Below are positions 38,004 through 48,735 of a stretch of 64,000 nt of DNA, one piece after another. Below the pieces are notes generated by a model that saw only the letters and a list, made by a program, of their open reading frames with translations, was not told where the DNA came from and did not search any database. The stretch's first letter is position 1, and every line of letters starts with the position of its first letter. Position numbers and translations under genes: made by a program. Source of the DNA: a virus (taxonomy: Duplodnaviria; Caudoviricetes); the IMG/VR virus record IMGVR_UViG_2974723051_000001, positions 1 through 64,000 of that record. One strand, 5' to 3'.

Positions 38004-40622
38004 GTGTGTATATACCATGTAATTTTAGAGCAAAATGAAACATACGATGTTGCCATACTTACGAAGACTAATGCGCTAAGCAAAGATAAACTTCTACAGT
38101 ACTACGCAAATCCAATGACGGAGCAAGGAGTACCGTCAGATAGTTTCATTGGGTTCAGCCTTGAATATGACAATCCAAAGAAAGTAACAGTTAAAGGTGC
38201 TAAAGAGTATTTAGCTACTCTAATGCCAGTCCTAAAAGACTTAGGTGTTAAGTATCTGTACTGTACTGATGGTAACTACTTCAAGGTATTAACCAAGGCA
38301 AGAAAAGCAGAACCAAACTACGGTTATGTTTTACCTTGTACTATGGAAGGTTACGAACACATGCATGTTGTGTTGAGTGCTAACTATCAAGGTCTGTTTA
38401 TCAACGATACTCTTCAAGAGAAGATAGACTTGGCAAATAAAACCTTGGTTGAGCATCGCAAAGGTACTTATCAAGAGATAGGAACCAACATAATCAAACA
38501 TGCTGAATACATACCAGCTAACCCTACACGTGTTAAAGAAGCATTAGATAGGCTACACCAGTATGATTCTATTACCATTGACACCGAAACATTCTCTCTA
38601 CTCCACACTAGAGCTGGACTTGGGACGATTGGATTCGCTTGGAGTGAGCATGAAGGTATATGCATCGATGTCGAGCATTACGCTAAGACCGAGGGTATTG
38701 GCCTTCTACGCTATCGACGAGAAATCAAAGAGTTACTCCGTAAATTTCTTACAGAATACCGAGGTAATATCAAGTTTCATAACGCATCTTACGACATAAA
38801 GATTCTCATCTACTATTTGTGGATGGATGATATGTTGGATACTGAAGGGTTACTAACTGGCTTAGATATCCTCACCCGTGACTTTGATGACACTCGGATT
38901 ATTGCATACCTTGCACTCAATTCTTGTGGTCAACAGTCTGGTTATTTAAGTCTTAAAAACTTAGCTCATGAGTTTGCCGGTAACTATGCACAGGATGATA
39001 TAGATGACATTACGTTAATTAAGAATGCTCCATTAATGGAATATAACTTAGTTGACTGTTTATCTACTTGGTTCGTTTTCAAGAAGTATTATCCGGTCAT
39101 GGTTCAAGATGAACAATTGGAAGTGTATCAGTTCTTTAAGAAGATACTGAAAAACATAATCCAAATGGAACTAACCGGTATGCCTCTGAATATGACTCGT
39201 GTTCTGGAGGTACAAGCTGAGCTACAGGGTATAGTAGATAAGTATCGTGAGGTACTTAAGAAATCTAAGCTAATGGCTAAATTCTCGCTAACTGCTCGTA
39301 AAGAGTTAATGGCCAAGAAGCAAGCCAAGCTTAAGAAGAAAGTGTTAACCCTAGACGATATAGACTATGAGTTTAATACTAACAGTAATCTTCAACTAAT
39401 ATCTCTACTCCATGAGTTCCTTGGTTTTGAAGTGCATTCAACTACTGATTCTGGTCAACCAGCAGTAGGTGGTGATGAACTTAAAGGACACATGAAACGT
39501 ACTGATGACCCTGAAATTCAAGAAGTCTTAGAGGCTATCATTAAGATTCAGGAAGGTGACAAGATACTTGGAACCTTTATCAATAAGTTCGTTGAAGCAG
39601 AGAAAGGTCCGGACGGCTGGCATTATCTATTTGGTTCATTCAATTTGGGTGGAACCAAGTCAGGTAGGCTATCCTCTAGCAAACCAAACTTACAGAATCT
39701 TCCTTCTGGTTCTACGTATGGCAAGCTAGTTAAATCGTGTTTCCAAGCAGCTCCCGGGTGGTTATTTGTAGGATTAGATTATGCGTCTCTTGAGGACAGG
39801 ATTAACACACTACTTACAAAAGACCCTAACAAAATCAAAGTCTACACCAGTGGGTTTGACGGGCATTCACTCCGTGCATATTCCTACTTCGGGGAATCAA
39901 TGCCAGATATTGAAGATACTGTGGAGAGCATCAACTCCATCTCAGACAAATATCCTCAATATCGTCAGGATTCAAAAGCTCCAACTTTCGCCCTTACTTA
40001 TCAAGGGACATGGGCCACGCTTGTGGCGAATTGTGGATTTACCAAGACTGTTGCGAAGCAGATTGAAGCTCGCTATCACGAACTTTATAAAGTCAGTGAC
40101 TCGTGGGTTCAACAAAAGCTAGCTCAAGCATCCGAAGATGGATATGTAACCTTAGCTTTTGGTTTACGACTACGTACACCTATCTTAGCTAAAACCATAC
40201 TAGGTAATTCGTATACTCCTAAACAAGCAGCAGCAGAATCTAGAACAGCAGGTAATGCTGTGTCTGGTCAATCCTACGGATTGCTGAATAGTCGTGCTGG
40301 AGTTGAGTTCCAAGAACGAACCATGAATTCAAAGCATCGTCTAGATATTAAGCCTTCGGCTCATATCCATGATGCTCAGTACATGATGATTCGTAACAGG
40401 GTAGATGTAGTTGAATGGGTAAATGATAACTTAGTGGAATGTGTTGAATGGCAAGAGTTGCCTGAAATCCAACATGATGAAGTTAAGTTAACTGGTAACC
40501 TAGGTATCTTCTATCCTGCTTGGCACAATGAGATTGAACTCAAACATCAACTCAGTGCTAAGGAAATTGTCGAAACCTGTAAAGCAGGTATAGCTAAGTA
40601 TGAAGCTAAAAAGAATGGCTGA
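38004..40622 (+). CDS. Family A DNA polymerase
   Basis: Exonuclease DTET and HNASYD; TKSGRLSS; motif A DYASLE; motif B RQDSKAPTFALTY; motif C IHDA. Confidence 0.97.
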   Translation: MCIYHVILEQNETYDVAILTKTNALSKDKLLQYYANPMTEQGVPSDSFIGFSLEYDNPKKVTVKGAKEYLATLMPVLKDLGVKYLYCTDGNYFKVLTKARKAEPNYGYVLPCTMEGYEHMHVVLSANYQGLFINDTLQEKIDLANKTLVEHRKGTYQEIGTNIIKHAEYIPANPTRVKEALDRLHQYDSITIDTETFSLLHTRAGLGTIGFAWSEHEGICIDVEHYAKTEGIGLLRYRREIKELLRKFLTEYRGNIKFHNASYDIKILIYYLWMDDMLDTEGLLTGLDILTRDFDDTRIIAYLALNSCGQQSGYLSLKNLAHEFAGNYAQDDIDDITLIKNAPLMEYNLVDCLSTWFVFKKYYPVMVQDEQLEVYQFFKKILKNIIQMELTGMPLNMTRVLEVQAELQGIVDKYREVLKKSKLMAKFSLTARKELMAKKQAKLKKKVLTLDDIDYEFNTNSNLQLISLLHEFLGFEVHSTTDSGQPAVGGDELKGHMKRTDDPEIQEVLEAIIKIQEGDKILGTFINKFVEAEKGPDGWHYLFGSFNLGGTKSGRLSSSKPNLQNLPSGSTYGKLVKSCFQAAPGWLFVGLDYASLEDRINTLLTKDPNKIKVYTSGFDGHSLRAYSYFGESMPDIEDTVESINSISDKYPQYRQDSKAPTFALTYQGTWATLVANCGFTKTVAKQIEARYHELYKVSDSWVQQKLAQASEDGYVTLAFGLRLRTPILAKTILGNSYTPKQAAAESRTAGNAVSGQSYGLLNSRAGVEFQERTMNSKHRLDIKPSAHIHDAQYMMIRNRVDVVEWVNDNLVECVEWQELPEIQHDEVKLTGNLGIFYPAWHNEIELKHQLSAKEIVETCKAGIAKYEAKKNG

Positions 40623-40803
40623 TGTTTCAGATGCTGAATATAGGTTTAGACACTTCAGAGGTATTTACTCTTTCCGTTCTAAACTAGTACTACATAAGTG
40701 GATATTTGGTACTAACAACTTAGCCTAGTTAAAAAGAATCCCCTACCAACACGGTAGGGGATGTAACACCAATTACAAATTAGTGTAATCTTAAGGAGTT
40801 TAC

Positions 40804-41430
40804 ATGAAGTCAATCAGGCTTAACACTGAAATTCGAGAAGCAATCATTAAAAACATCTCTGATGCTTATGATAAAAACAATCCAAAACCAGAACTAACTA
40901 TCGATACCGGTGACATTCTGGAAAAAGCTGTTCGTCAGCATTACATGAAGCAGTCACTAGAAATGCGTAAGCTTATTGAAGCTAACCCAATTCTTAAAGA
41001 CCAAGTTAGTACAACTGGTTACATCCAGTATATATCTCCTACTGGTTCATGGGGTTCTGTCTATTTATATGACAAGAACAATTCAGAAGCAGAGAAAGTA
41101 CGCGCATTAAGCAAGTATTCCGGTACACGTGACTTCTCTAACCCTGACTACCTAGCGAAGCATCCTTCGCTTAAGAAAGCTGCTGAAGAGTTTACATCTC
41201 TACAAAAAGCAGCTCGTAAAGAACGTGAAGCGTTATCCGATTGGAACAAAGCACGTACATCATACCTAGATGAAATCCAACAGGTGCTTAAAGGTGTTAA
41301 CACTACTAAGCAGTTGATGGAACAATGGGAAGAAGTTAAAGAGTTTATTCCTCAAGCCTACTTCAACCCATCTAAGATTGCTCTACCGGCAATCAACACT
41401 AAAGCTCTAAACGAGAAACTAGGTAAGTAA
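40804..41430 (+). CDS. Nmad5-like protein
   Basis: IRLNTEIREAII...VNTTKQLMEQWEEVKEFIP pattern. Confidence 0.6.
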   Translation: MKSIRLNTEIREAIIKNISDAYDKNNPKPELTIDTGDILEKAVRQHYMKQSLEMRKLIEANPILKDQVSTTGYIQYISPTGSWGSVYLYDKNNSEAEKVRALSKYSGTRDFSNPDYLAKHPSLKKAAEEFTSLQKAARKEREALSDWNKARTSYLDEIQQVLKGVNTTKQLMEQWEEVKEFIPQAYFNPSKIALPAINTKALNEKLGK

Positions 41431-41432
41431 TA

Positions 41433-41900
41433 ATGACAGATAAAAGTATCGACCTTAATGCAATGTTCGCTGAGTTTAATGACACCTATGGTTACGAACC
41501 AATAACATTCAACTCACCGAACTTGAAGAAGGCAGTTAAGCTAATTAGCGATGAAGTGGTAGAAATCTTGTTGGAATCTGAAGCCGAAGAATTAGACCAA
41601 CTTGCAGCAGCTAAAGAGCTAACCGATAACCTATATATCACTATGCAGCAAATGTCTGCTATGGGATTGGATATTGGTATGTGTCTTCGTGAAGTACATC
41701 GCTCTAATCTATCTAAGACTGTGCCTCTAGCAGAAGCACCTAAGTATGTCGAAGAAGTGAAAGACCGATATCCAAATGTTGCTATCACCAATAAAGGTGA
41801 CCGTGCAGTACTTCGTTGTGTTGATACTGGAAAAGTTATTAAACCTTCCTGCTACTCGCCAGCAGAAATAACAACAGCAATGATTAGTCCAGTGAAGTAA
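41433..41900 (+). CDS. MazG-like NTP pyrophosphohydrolase
   Basis: DEVVE...KELTDNLY...EVHRSNLSK...GKVIKP. Confidence 0.8.
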   Translation: MTDKSIDLNAMFAEFNDTYGYEPITFNSPNLKKAVKLISDEVVEILLESEAEELDQLAAAKELTDNLYITMQQMSAMGLDIGMCLREVHRSNLSKTVPLAEAPKYVEEVKDRYPNVAITNKGDRAVLRCVDTGKVIKPSCYSPAEITTAMISPVK

Positions 41901-41909
41901 GGAGTCCGA

Positions 41910-42917
41910 ATGAACTCTTTAAAAAATGATTCTAATATACCGCTATCCGTAGCGGTGTACTTGGCCTCATCTTCTTATGACTTCAAACCAAATCCAAAAG
42001 CATTGAGTGCTACTGACTTTAACCGTTCCGTTAGACAGATTATTTTACGTAATCGAGTTAATGGTGGTGAGTTGGCCAATGAACCAAAAGACATAGCTAA
42101 TCTAGTTAAGTCTAAAAATGGTACAGCTATACATGATGCTATTGAAAAGACTTGGCTTGATACAGCGGTACGTAGTGCTGCTCTTAAGGCACTGGGCTAT
42201 CCTGCTAAGGTAATCGAGAGGATTGTAGTAAATCCTGAACCGGGCTTCCTAGAAATGAATCCTGATGCCATTCCAATTTACATGGAGATTCGTAACTCTA
42301 TGGAGTTGGATGGTTATACCATTTCTGGTAAGTTCGACTTCGTTGGTGAAGGTGGCCTCACTGACTTCAAATCTACCGGTACGTGGAAGTACAAAGATTT
42401 GGAGAAAGCTGACAAAGACTATCGTACACAAGGTTCTATCTATAAAGTACTGAATCCAGATATCATTGAGAAAGACCACATGACTATTGTGTTCTGGTTC
42501 ACTGACTGGATGGAGTCACGTGCTAAGGCAGACCCTAAGTATCCTCAAACTGCGGTAATACCTCATAAGGTTAAACTAATGGATGAGGCGGATACTATTC
42601 GTTTCATGCGTAGCTTTATCGCAGAGATTGAGAAGTACAAAGATGTACCGGAGTCTGAGTTACCAGAGTGTTCTGCCGAACACCTTTGGCAAGGCGAACC
42701 AACCTATAAATACTACAAGAATCCACAAAAGCGTTCTCGCGCAACAGCTAACTTCACTGACTTTGCAGAAGCGCAGACTCGTTTCATAAAAGATGGTGCA
42801 ATAGGTGTAGTTGTAACTGTCCCTGCTAAAGCCAAAGCTTGTAAGTATTGTAATGCTTATGATGCTTGCTCTCAGAAGGACAGGCTAATCCAAGCGGGAT
42901 TGCTCGATACCGACTAA
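41910..42917 (+). CDS. PD-(D/E)XK exonuclease (N4 gp42-like)
   Basis: GTAIH, SGKFD, DFKST, QGSIY, CKYC. Confidence 0.85.
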   Translation: MNSLKNDSNIPLSVAVYLASSSYDFKPNPKALSATDFNRSVRQIILRNRVNGGELANEPKDIANLVKSKNGTAIHDAIEKTWLDTAVRSAALKALGYPAKVIERIVVNPEPGFLEMNPDAIPIYMEIRNSMELDGYTISGKFDFVGEGGLTDFKSTGTWKYKDLEKADKDYRTQGSIYKVLNPDIIEKDHMTIVFWFTDWMESRAKADPKYPQTAVIPHKVKLMDEADTIRFMRSFIAEIEKYKDVPESELPECSAEHLWQGEPTYKYYKNPQKRSRATANFTDFAEAQTRFIKDGAIGVVVTVPAKAKACKYCNAYDACSQKDRLIQAGLLDTD

Positions 42918-42927
42918 GAGGAACTTA

Positions 42928-45093
42928 ATGAAACCGTTTGAGCAACTACAACATCATCCGAAGGTTAAGCTTTTGGTTGATGTTCTTTCAGCCCGTACAC
43001 AAAACCCTGATAAATCATTCTTCACTATTCTGGCTTGTTATCACTTAACTAAGCTAGCATCTATGATGCGTGCTGAAGTTGATGCACAGGGATTCGGTAA
43101 ACTGCAATGTAACTTCTATGGAATCAATACTGCACCTTCGGGTTACGGTAAAGGTCATTCGACTAAAATCATTGAAGAACAAGTAGTTCACCTATTTAAA
43201 CAAGAGTTCATGGAATATACGTTACCTCGTGTTGCGGAAAATAACCTAACTGATTTAGCTAATGCTCGCGCTTTACGCAAGGGTACAGATGAAGCAGAAG
43301 AACTCGAAAAGGTTAAGGGCGAATATCGAAAGATTGGAGCTTACCTTACCTCGTTTGACTCTGGTACTACACCAGCTCTCAAACAATTCAGACATGGTTT
43401 ACTTATGTCTGGTATTGGTTCGATTAACTTCGAATGTGATGAGATGGCTAACAACCTATTAAGCAATGAAGAAGTTCTGGACACTTATCTTGAATTGTAT
43501 GATGGCGTTGTGAAACCAAAGCTAACTAAGAACACCAGTGATAGTGTACGTAACGAAGAGATTGATGGTAAAACACCAACCAACATGATGTTGTATGGTA
43601 CTGCCTCTATACTCTTTGATGGTGCGCAGGTTGAGAAGACTCTACTTGACCGGCTAACCAGTGGCTATGCTCGACGTTCATTCTTTGGTTACTCGGCCAT
43701 AGAACACCAAACCAAGAAACTAACTGTAGCAGAAAGACTTAAAGCTTTGACTGATACATCTACTGATGTGCAGTTACAAAAGCTAGCAGTTGATTTGCAG
43801 AAGTTAGCGGACCCGGTTAATCATAACTTTAAGGTACAAGTACCTGATGATGTTATGGAGTGTATCTTGGAGTATCAAATCTACTGTGAAGAAGTAATGG
43901 AAACTTATCGTCAATCCGATGAGATTCGCAGAGCTGAAGCACGTGGTCGTTATTTCAAGACTATTCGTTTGGCTGGTACATTTGCATTCTTGGATAGTAA
44001 TCCTGTAATGACTAAAGACCACTGGGAAGCAGCAGTTAAAGTTGCAGAAATCTCAGCATCTTGTTTTGCAGAAATGCTATCTCGTCCACCTGCATTTGCA
44101 CGATTGGCTCTATTCTTATCTGAAGCACGTGAACCATTAACTATTGCTGACATGATGGAAGAACTTCCATATATGCCTAAAGCTAGTGGTGCTCAGAAGG
44201 ATATCCTTAAGAATGCTACTGCATGGGGACATAAGCATAATGTAATCATTAAGCGTAACTTTGTTGATGATATTGAGTTCTTTAAGGGCGAATCCCTAGA
44301 AGAAACCAATCTAGATGAATTGCGTTTAAGTCACTCGAAAGACATTGCACATGGCTATCGCCCTGAAACCAAGGTTCCTTTCGATAAACTATCAGTCATC
44401 ACTATGATGGAAGATGCTCACTGGTGTTCACATCATTTCGTTAAAGGTCATCGTCACACTCGTAATGTAATCCAAGGATTCAATATGATTGTTCTGGATA
44501 TTGATGGTACGTGTCCTCTAGACCAAGCCAAGTCAGTACTAGAAGATTATACCTATTACATTTATACGACTAAGCGACATCAACTTGCTTATGACGATAA
44601 ACCAGCGGCTGATAGATATCGAATCATTCTCCCTACTAGTCATCTACTCAAACTGAGTGTGGATGAGTATAAGGAGTTTATGAGTAATGTACTTGAAACA
44701 CTTCCATTTGAGACGGATGAGCAGACTACTCAACCTACTCGTAAGTGGCTATCGAATCCGAAAGGACAAGAATTCACTAATGATGGTAAGTTATTCGACG
44801 TGTTGCCTTTCATACCTAAAACCAAGAAGAATGAAGAGAGACGTTCCTTCATTGATACTACTGGTTCCATGGATAAGTTAGAGCGTTACTTCTTCTCGAA
44901 AATAGAAGAAGGCAATCGAAACAACACATTATTCAAATATGGTGCTGCGCTAGTAGATGCTGGTCGTGGACTAGATGACTTAATCCTTAAAGTGAAAGCT
45001 TTCAATGATAAGTTACCTAAACCAATTCCAGCGGAAGAGTTAAATAACACCGTAATCCAGTCCGTTACACAACGGTTCTTTAAGAAAGGTTAA
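42928..45093 (+). CDS. DNA primase (N4 gp43-like)
   Basis: APSGYGKG; VLDIDG; YTTKRH; EGNRNNTLF (PriCT). Confidence 0.88.
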   Translation: MKPFEQLQHHPKVKLLVDVLSARTQNPDKSFFTILACYHLTKLASMMRAEVDAQGFGKLQCNFYGINTAPSGYGKGHSTKIIEEQVVHLFKQEFMEYTLPRVAENNLTDLANARALRKGTDEAEELEKVKGEYRKIGAYLTSFDSGTTPALKQFRHGLLMSGIGSINFECDEMANNLLSNEEVLDTYLELYDGVVKPKLTKNTSDSVRNEEIDGKTPTNMMLYGTASILFDGAQVEKTLLDRLTSGYARRSFFGYSAIEHQTKKLTVAERLKALTDTSTDVQLQKLAVDLQKLADPVNHNFKVQVPDDVMECILEYQIYCEEVMETYRQSDEIRRAEARGRYFKTIRLAGTFAFLDSNPVMTKDHWEAAVKVAEISASCFAEMLSRPPAFARLALFLSEAREPLTIADMMEELPYMPKASGAQKDILKNATAWGHKHNVIIKRNFVDDIEFFKGESLEETNLDELRLSHSKDIAHGYRPETKVPFDKLSVITMMEDAHWCSHHFVKGHRHTRNVIQGFNMIVLDIDGTCPLDQAKSVLEDYTYYIYTTKRHQLAYDDKPAADRYRIILPTSHLLKLSVDEYKEFMSNVLETLPFETDEQTTQPTRKWLSNPKGQEFTNDGKLFDVLPFIPKTKKNEERRSFIDTTGSMDKLERYFFSKIEEGNRNNTLFKYGAALVDAGRGLDDLILKVKAFNDKLPKPIPAEELNNTVIQSVTQRFFKKG

Positions 45094-45096
45094 ATT

Positions 45097-45381
45097 ATGA
45101 CTTCCCATCAACAGGAAAAGCTAACTAAGGCAACTAAAGCAATTGTAAGTGCCGCAGCTACTGAACTAGGTAAACTATTTATTATTGGTTTTATCATGAT
45201 TCAGTTATTCACAATCGTTGCTAATTTCTTTGGAGTTGGTTTCGATGAGACGGATGGTAACGTTCGTTCAAACATGGCTTTACGTATTGATGCTGGTACA
45301 GGTTGTCACTATTTAGAATCCTCTGATGGGTATCTGATTAAGCGTTTCAATCCTGATGGCACTCAATATTGTGAGAAGTAA
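45097..45381 (+). CDS. Membrane-anchored hypothetical protein
   Basis: TM helix; DAGTGCHYL motif. Confidence 0.7.
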   Translation: MTSHQQEKLTKATKAIVSAAATELGKLFIIGFIMIQLFTIVANFFGVGFDETDGNVRSNMALRIDAGTGCHYLESSDGYLIKRFNPDGTQYCEK

Positions 45382-45384
45382 TTA

Positions 45385-46119
45385 ATGTCAGAAAACACTC
45401 AGTTAGTACTAATTTGTGGTAAAGCAGCTACCGGTAAGTCTGCTTCATTCATGAACTTACGTAACCCAGAACGAGTTGCGTACATGAACTGTGAAAACAA
45501 CAAACGTTTACCATTCCCTGCTAAATTCAAGCAGGCGAATATCACAGACCCTCATCAAGTACTACAGTCAATTCAGGGTATTTCAGGCCATGCTGATTAC
45601 GACATTGGTATCGTAGACTCCCTAACGTTTATGATGGATATGTTCGAAACTCAGTATGTTCTAACTGCAACTGACAAACGTGGTGCGTGGAGTGCGCATT
45701 ACAAAGAGCCATTTAAAAAGCTCATGCAGGAGGGTGTGGCTAAGTCTGACAAAGCTATTATCTTTACTGCGCATACTTCGGATGTATATAACGAAAATGA
45801 GATGGTTACTGAAACTCTAGTTAAAGTGAGTGGTTCACTTATGACTAAGGGTATTGAGTCATTCTTCTCTACTGTAATTGCATCCAAGAAGATGCCAATC
45901 AAAAAGCTAGAACCATATGAGAAAGACAATGCATTACTAAACATCACTGATGAAGAACGTGCACTTGGTTTCAAATATGTGTTCCAGACTAAGTTGACTA
46001 AAGACACTGTAAACGAGAGAATTCGCTCCCCTATGGGAATGTGGACTACTCAAGAGACATTCATTGATAATGATGCTCAACTTATCTTAGACCGTCTAAA
46101 TGAGTACTACAATGGTTAA
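45385..46119 (+). CDS. AAA family ATPase (N4 gp44 / Sak4-like)
   Basis: GKAATGKS, IVDSLT, IFTAH. Confidence 0.85.
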   Translation: MSENTQLVLICGKAATGKSASFMNLRNPERVAYMNCENNKRLPFPAKFKQANITDPHQVLQSIQGISGHADYDIGIVDSLTFMMDMFETQYVLTATDKRGAWSAHYKEPFKKLMQEGVAKSDKAIIFTAHTSDVYNENEMVTETLVKVSGSLMTKGIESFFSTVIASKKMPIKKLEPYEKDNALLNITDEERALGFKYVFQTKLTKDTVNERIRSPMGMWTTQETFIDNDAQLILDRLNEYYNG

Positions 46120-46188
46120 TCCCAACTTCGTTGGGTCCATGTGACTCTCGTTTAGGGAGTCACTTAAATTTTTGAAAAGGTAATATAA

Positions 46189-46947
46189 ATGAGTTTATTC
46201 GCTAAAGCGCAGTCGCAAGCTACACAAGTTAAAGTCGAGAACAAAGATTCACTAGGTGGTGGTTTCACCTTTGAAGGTGGTATCCATCCGGCAGGTGTCA
46301 AGATGATGTATCTTGATGCTTGGGGAAGTGGTGCACTGTTCGTGGCTATTGAACTTGGTGTACTAGTCGACGGTCAAGAAAAAACTTACAAAGAGAACAT
46401 CACTATCTCTAACGGTGCTGGTGAGTTCACTTACAAAGACAAGCAATCTGGTGAAGACAAACCAATGCCGGGTTATGCTACTGTCGATAACCTTCTAAAA
46501 ATACTTACAGGTAAAGGCTTCTCTGAGCAAGCACCTGAAGTTAAATCAGTTAAGGTTTACAACGCTGAAGCTCAAGCTGAAGTTAACGAAGACCGTGAAG
46601 TGTTCGTTGAAGCACTACGTCAGAAGTTCCACGGTGGCTTCATTCTAGCTAACGTCGATAAGACTAAGAAGAATGATAACTGGCAACCGGGTATGGATAA
46701 GAAACTTCGTTACCTACCGACTGGTGAAACCAAGTTGGTTAATGAACTAGCTTACCTATTCGACGAAGATATGAAAACTATCGTTGAGATTGAAGCAGGT
46801 AAAGAAGCTAAGTTCCACGAAGGTTGGGCTGAGAAATTTACGGGTAAAACAATCGAGAAAGCTAAAGGTGTTGGTAAAGGTGCTCCTACTGCTGGTGCTC
46901 CTGCACAAGCTCAAGCGGCTGCAACTGACTCTCCATTGTTCCCGTAA
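46189..46947 (+). CDS. Single-stranded DNA-binding protein (N4 gp45-like)
   Basis: DSLGGG, MPGY, C-terminal SPLFP; synteny. Confidence 0.8.
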   Translation: MSLFAKAQSQATQVKVENKDSLGGGFTFEGGIHPAGVKMMYLDAWGSGALFVAIELGVLVDGQEKTYKENITISNGAGEFTYKDKQSGEDKPMPGYATVDNLLKILTGKGFSEQAPEVKSVKVYNAEAQAEVNEDREVFVEALRQKFHGGFILANVDKTKKNDNWQPGMDKKLRYLPTGETKLVNELAYLFDEDMKTIVEIEAGKEAKFHEGWAEKFTGKTIEKAKGVGKGAPTAGAPAQAQAAATDSPLFP

Positions 46948-46980
46948 TAGTATATAGTACCTCTACGGAGGTACTTTACT

Positions 46981-47379
46981 TTGACTGATTTAAATACCAA
47001 ATCGATATCTGCACCCTTGGTGGTTCCTGTTAGTTCGAAAAAGAATTTCACACTTAATTTGAACCAATACAGGAATGCTCATTTCCAAGTACTGAATAAG
47101 GCGAAGGTGGTCTATAAGGATATGGTCAAGTTACCTATTCTTAATCTCCCATCTTTCACTAAGGTACGAATTGAGTATGTCTTATATCCCAAAACCAAAA
47201 GAAAGACTGATGTTGCTAATGTCTGTTCTATCCACGATAAGTTCTTCAGTGATGCCTTAGTTGAACTAGGGAAGTTACCGGAAGATAACTATGAACACCT
47301 AGTAGAAGTAACTTATCGGTTTGGCCACGTGGATAAAGATAACCCAAGGGTGGATATCACCATAACGGAAGTTGATTAA
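46981..47379 (+). CDS. RusA-like Holliday junction resolvase
   Basis: KTDVANV...KFFSDALV...LPEDN. Confidence 0.8.
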   Translation: MTDLNTKSISAPLVVPVSSKKNFTLNLNQYRNAHFQVLNKAKVVYKDMVKLPILNLPSFTKVRIEYVLYPKTKRKTDVANVCSIHDKFFSDALVELGKLPEDNYEHLVEVTYRFGHVDKDNPRVDITITEVD

Positions 47380-47870
47380 TGAAAATTACCTTAACGTATG
47401 AAGAAGCAGTAGCTTACGTACTAGCAAGTGATGACTTCAGTCATTTCGGTGATGGTACTGAGGTTGTTATTGAAGGCTTCGAATCTACCACTCCAGTTGT
47501 AGAAGAGAAACCAGAAGAAAAACCTCAACGTCGTAAGCGTCGTACTCGTAAGCAAATTGAAGCTGAAAAAGCTGCGCAGGAACCAGTAAATTCTCAGGAA
47601 GAACTGGATGCAATTGCTCAGGAAGTGGATGCTGAACTTGAAGCTGATTCATCTAATACCTCGACTGACAGCGAAGGGGAATCTTCAAGTACTGAAGAAC
47701 ATGCCCCATCTGTACAGCGCACCGAAGCAGAACAACAGCAACTAGATATGGTTGATGAAGTTATTGCTGAAGCTGATGCAGCAGAAGCTGAAGAAGCTCT
47801 TACACAACCAGCTCTAGTAGAGCAGGAAGTGAATGAAGTTATCGATGCTGATGCCCCGCTATTCCCGTAA
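47379..47870 (+). CDS. Acidic protein with basic RRKRRTRK patch
   Basis: C-terminal APLFP like the SSB tail. Confidence 0.75.
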   Translation: MKITLTYEEAVAYVLASDDFSHFGDGTEVVIEGFESTTPVVEEKPEEKPQRRKRRTRKQIEAEKAAQEPVNSQEELDAIAQEVDAELEADSSNTSTDSEGESSSTEEHAPSVQRTEAEQQQLDMVDEVIAEADAAEAEEALTQPALVEQEVNEVIDADAPLFP

Positions 47871-48078
47871 TAGCTTATGGTAACCTATATTAAATGTGTA
47901 GGTTTCCTTTTGGCCTGCCTACTTCTTGGATTGATATCACTAGCACTAACCCCATTCTTAATTGCAATCGGGGTTGGTATGTTAGTTATGTTTGCTGGTT
48001 TCATCTTGTATGAGGCCCGTAAAATAGATATTGATGCAGAAGTAGGTAAGCTCAAAGAAGAACGGAAAGGAAACAAAA

Positions 48079-48228
48079 ATGAAAGTAAAATGTGATTGTA
48101 AACATGAAGGCCAAGATGAACTGCATGGCAAAGGTATGCGTGTAGCTAACAAGATTTCATCTAAAGATGGCAACATGGTTCGTTGTACCGTGTGTAAAAA
48201 AGAATCTCGTGTAAGCGAGAAGAAGTAA
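48079..48228 (+). CDS. Small Zn-binding protein
   Basis: CDCKH...QDELHGKGMRV...RCTVC. Confidence 0.65.
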   Translation: MKVKCDCKHEGQDELHGKGMRVANKISSKDGNMVRCTVCKKESRVSEKK

Positions 48229-48706
48229 TTCGATAGGGAGCTTAGGCTCCCTTATTTTTGAGGAACCAATATGAAAGCATTCTATTGGCTCAGAACATTC
48301 TTACGTTTTGCAGCTTTCTTAGCAGGTGCTTTAATTAGCCTACCTTTCTTTATTCTATTTCGCTTCGCTCCTGACCCAAGAGCATTAGAAGATTTCTTCT
48401 GTAGAGAAATAGATTATCTATACTCGAAGGGTTGTTTAACTAAAGCAGAAGCAGATGAACTTAAGAAATTTAAATAGGAGTATCTTATGGAATTAGATAT
48501 GGAAAAGTTACACTGGGCTATTGGTATGGTTAGTGGCCAAGGTATATTAGTGCTATTTGCACTATTTGTTTGGTTACCGGGGCGTTGTAAAGAAGTACTC
48601 GCAGTTGAAACAGAGTACTGGGTAAGTAAACATATATGTACTGATGCACCTTACGATGAAAAATATACAGACGTAACCATACATATAAAAAACTACACAA
48701 GATAAA

Positions 48707-48735
48707 AGGGAGCCAGTTGGCTCCCTATTTTTATT
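48707..48735. terminator. Terminator between middle and late transcription units
   Basis: AGGGAGCC-AGTT-GGCTCCCT flanked by A and T tracts. Confidence 0.8.

Noticed and set aside
38004-40622. Intein or intron in the DNA polymerase
   Set aside because: Continuous ORF of normal length with no splicing motifs seen
41910-42917. Cas4 / CRISPR adaptation gene
   Set aside because: Fits the conserved N4-like replication-region PD-(D/E)XK nuclease; no CRISPR context
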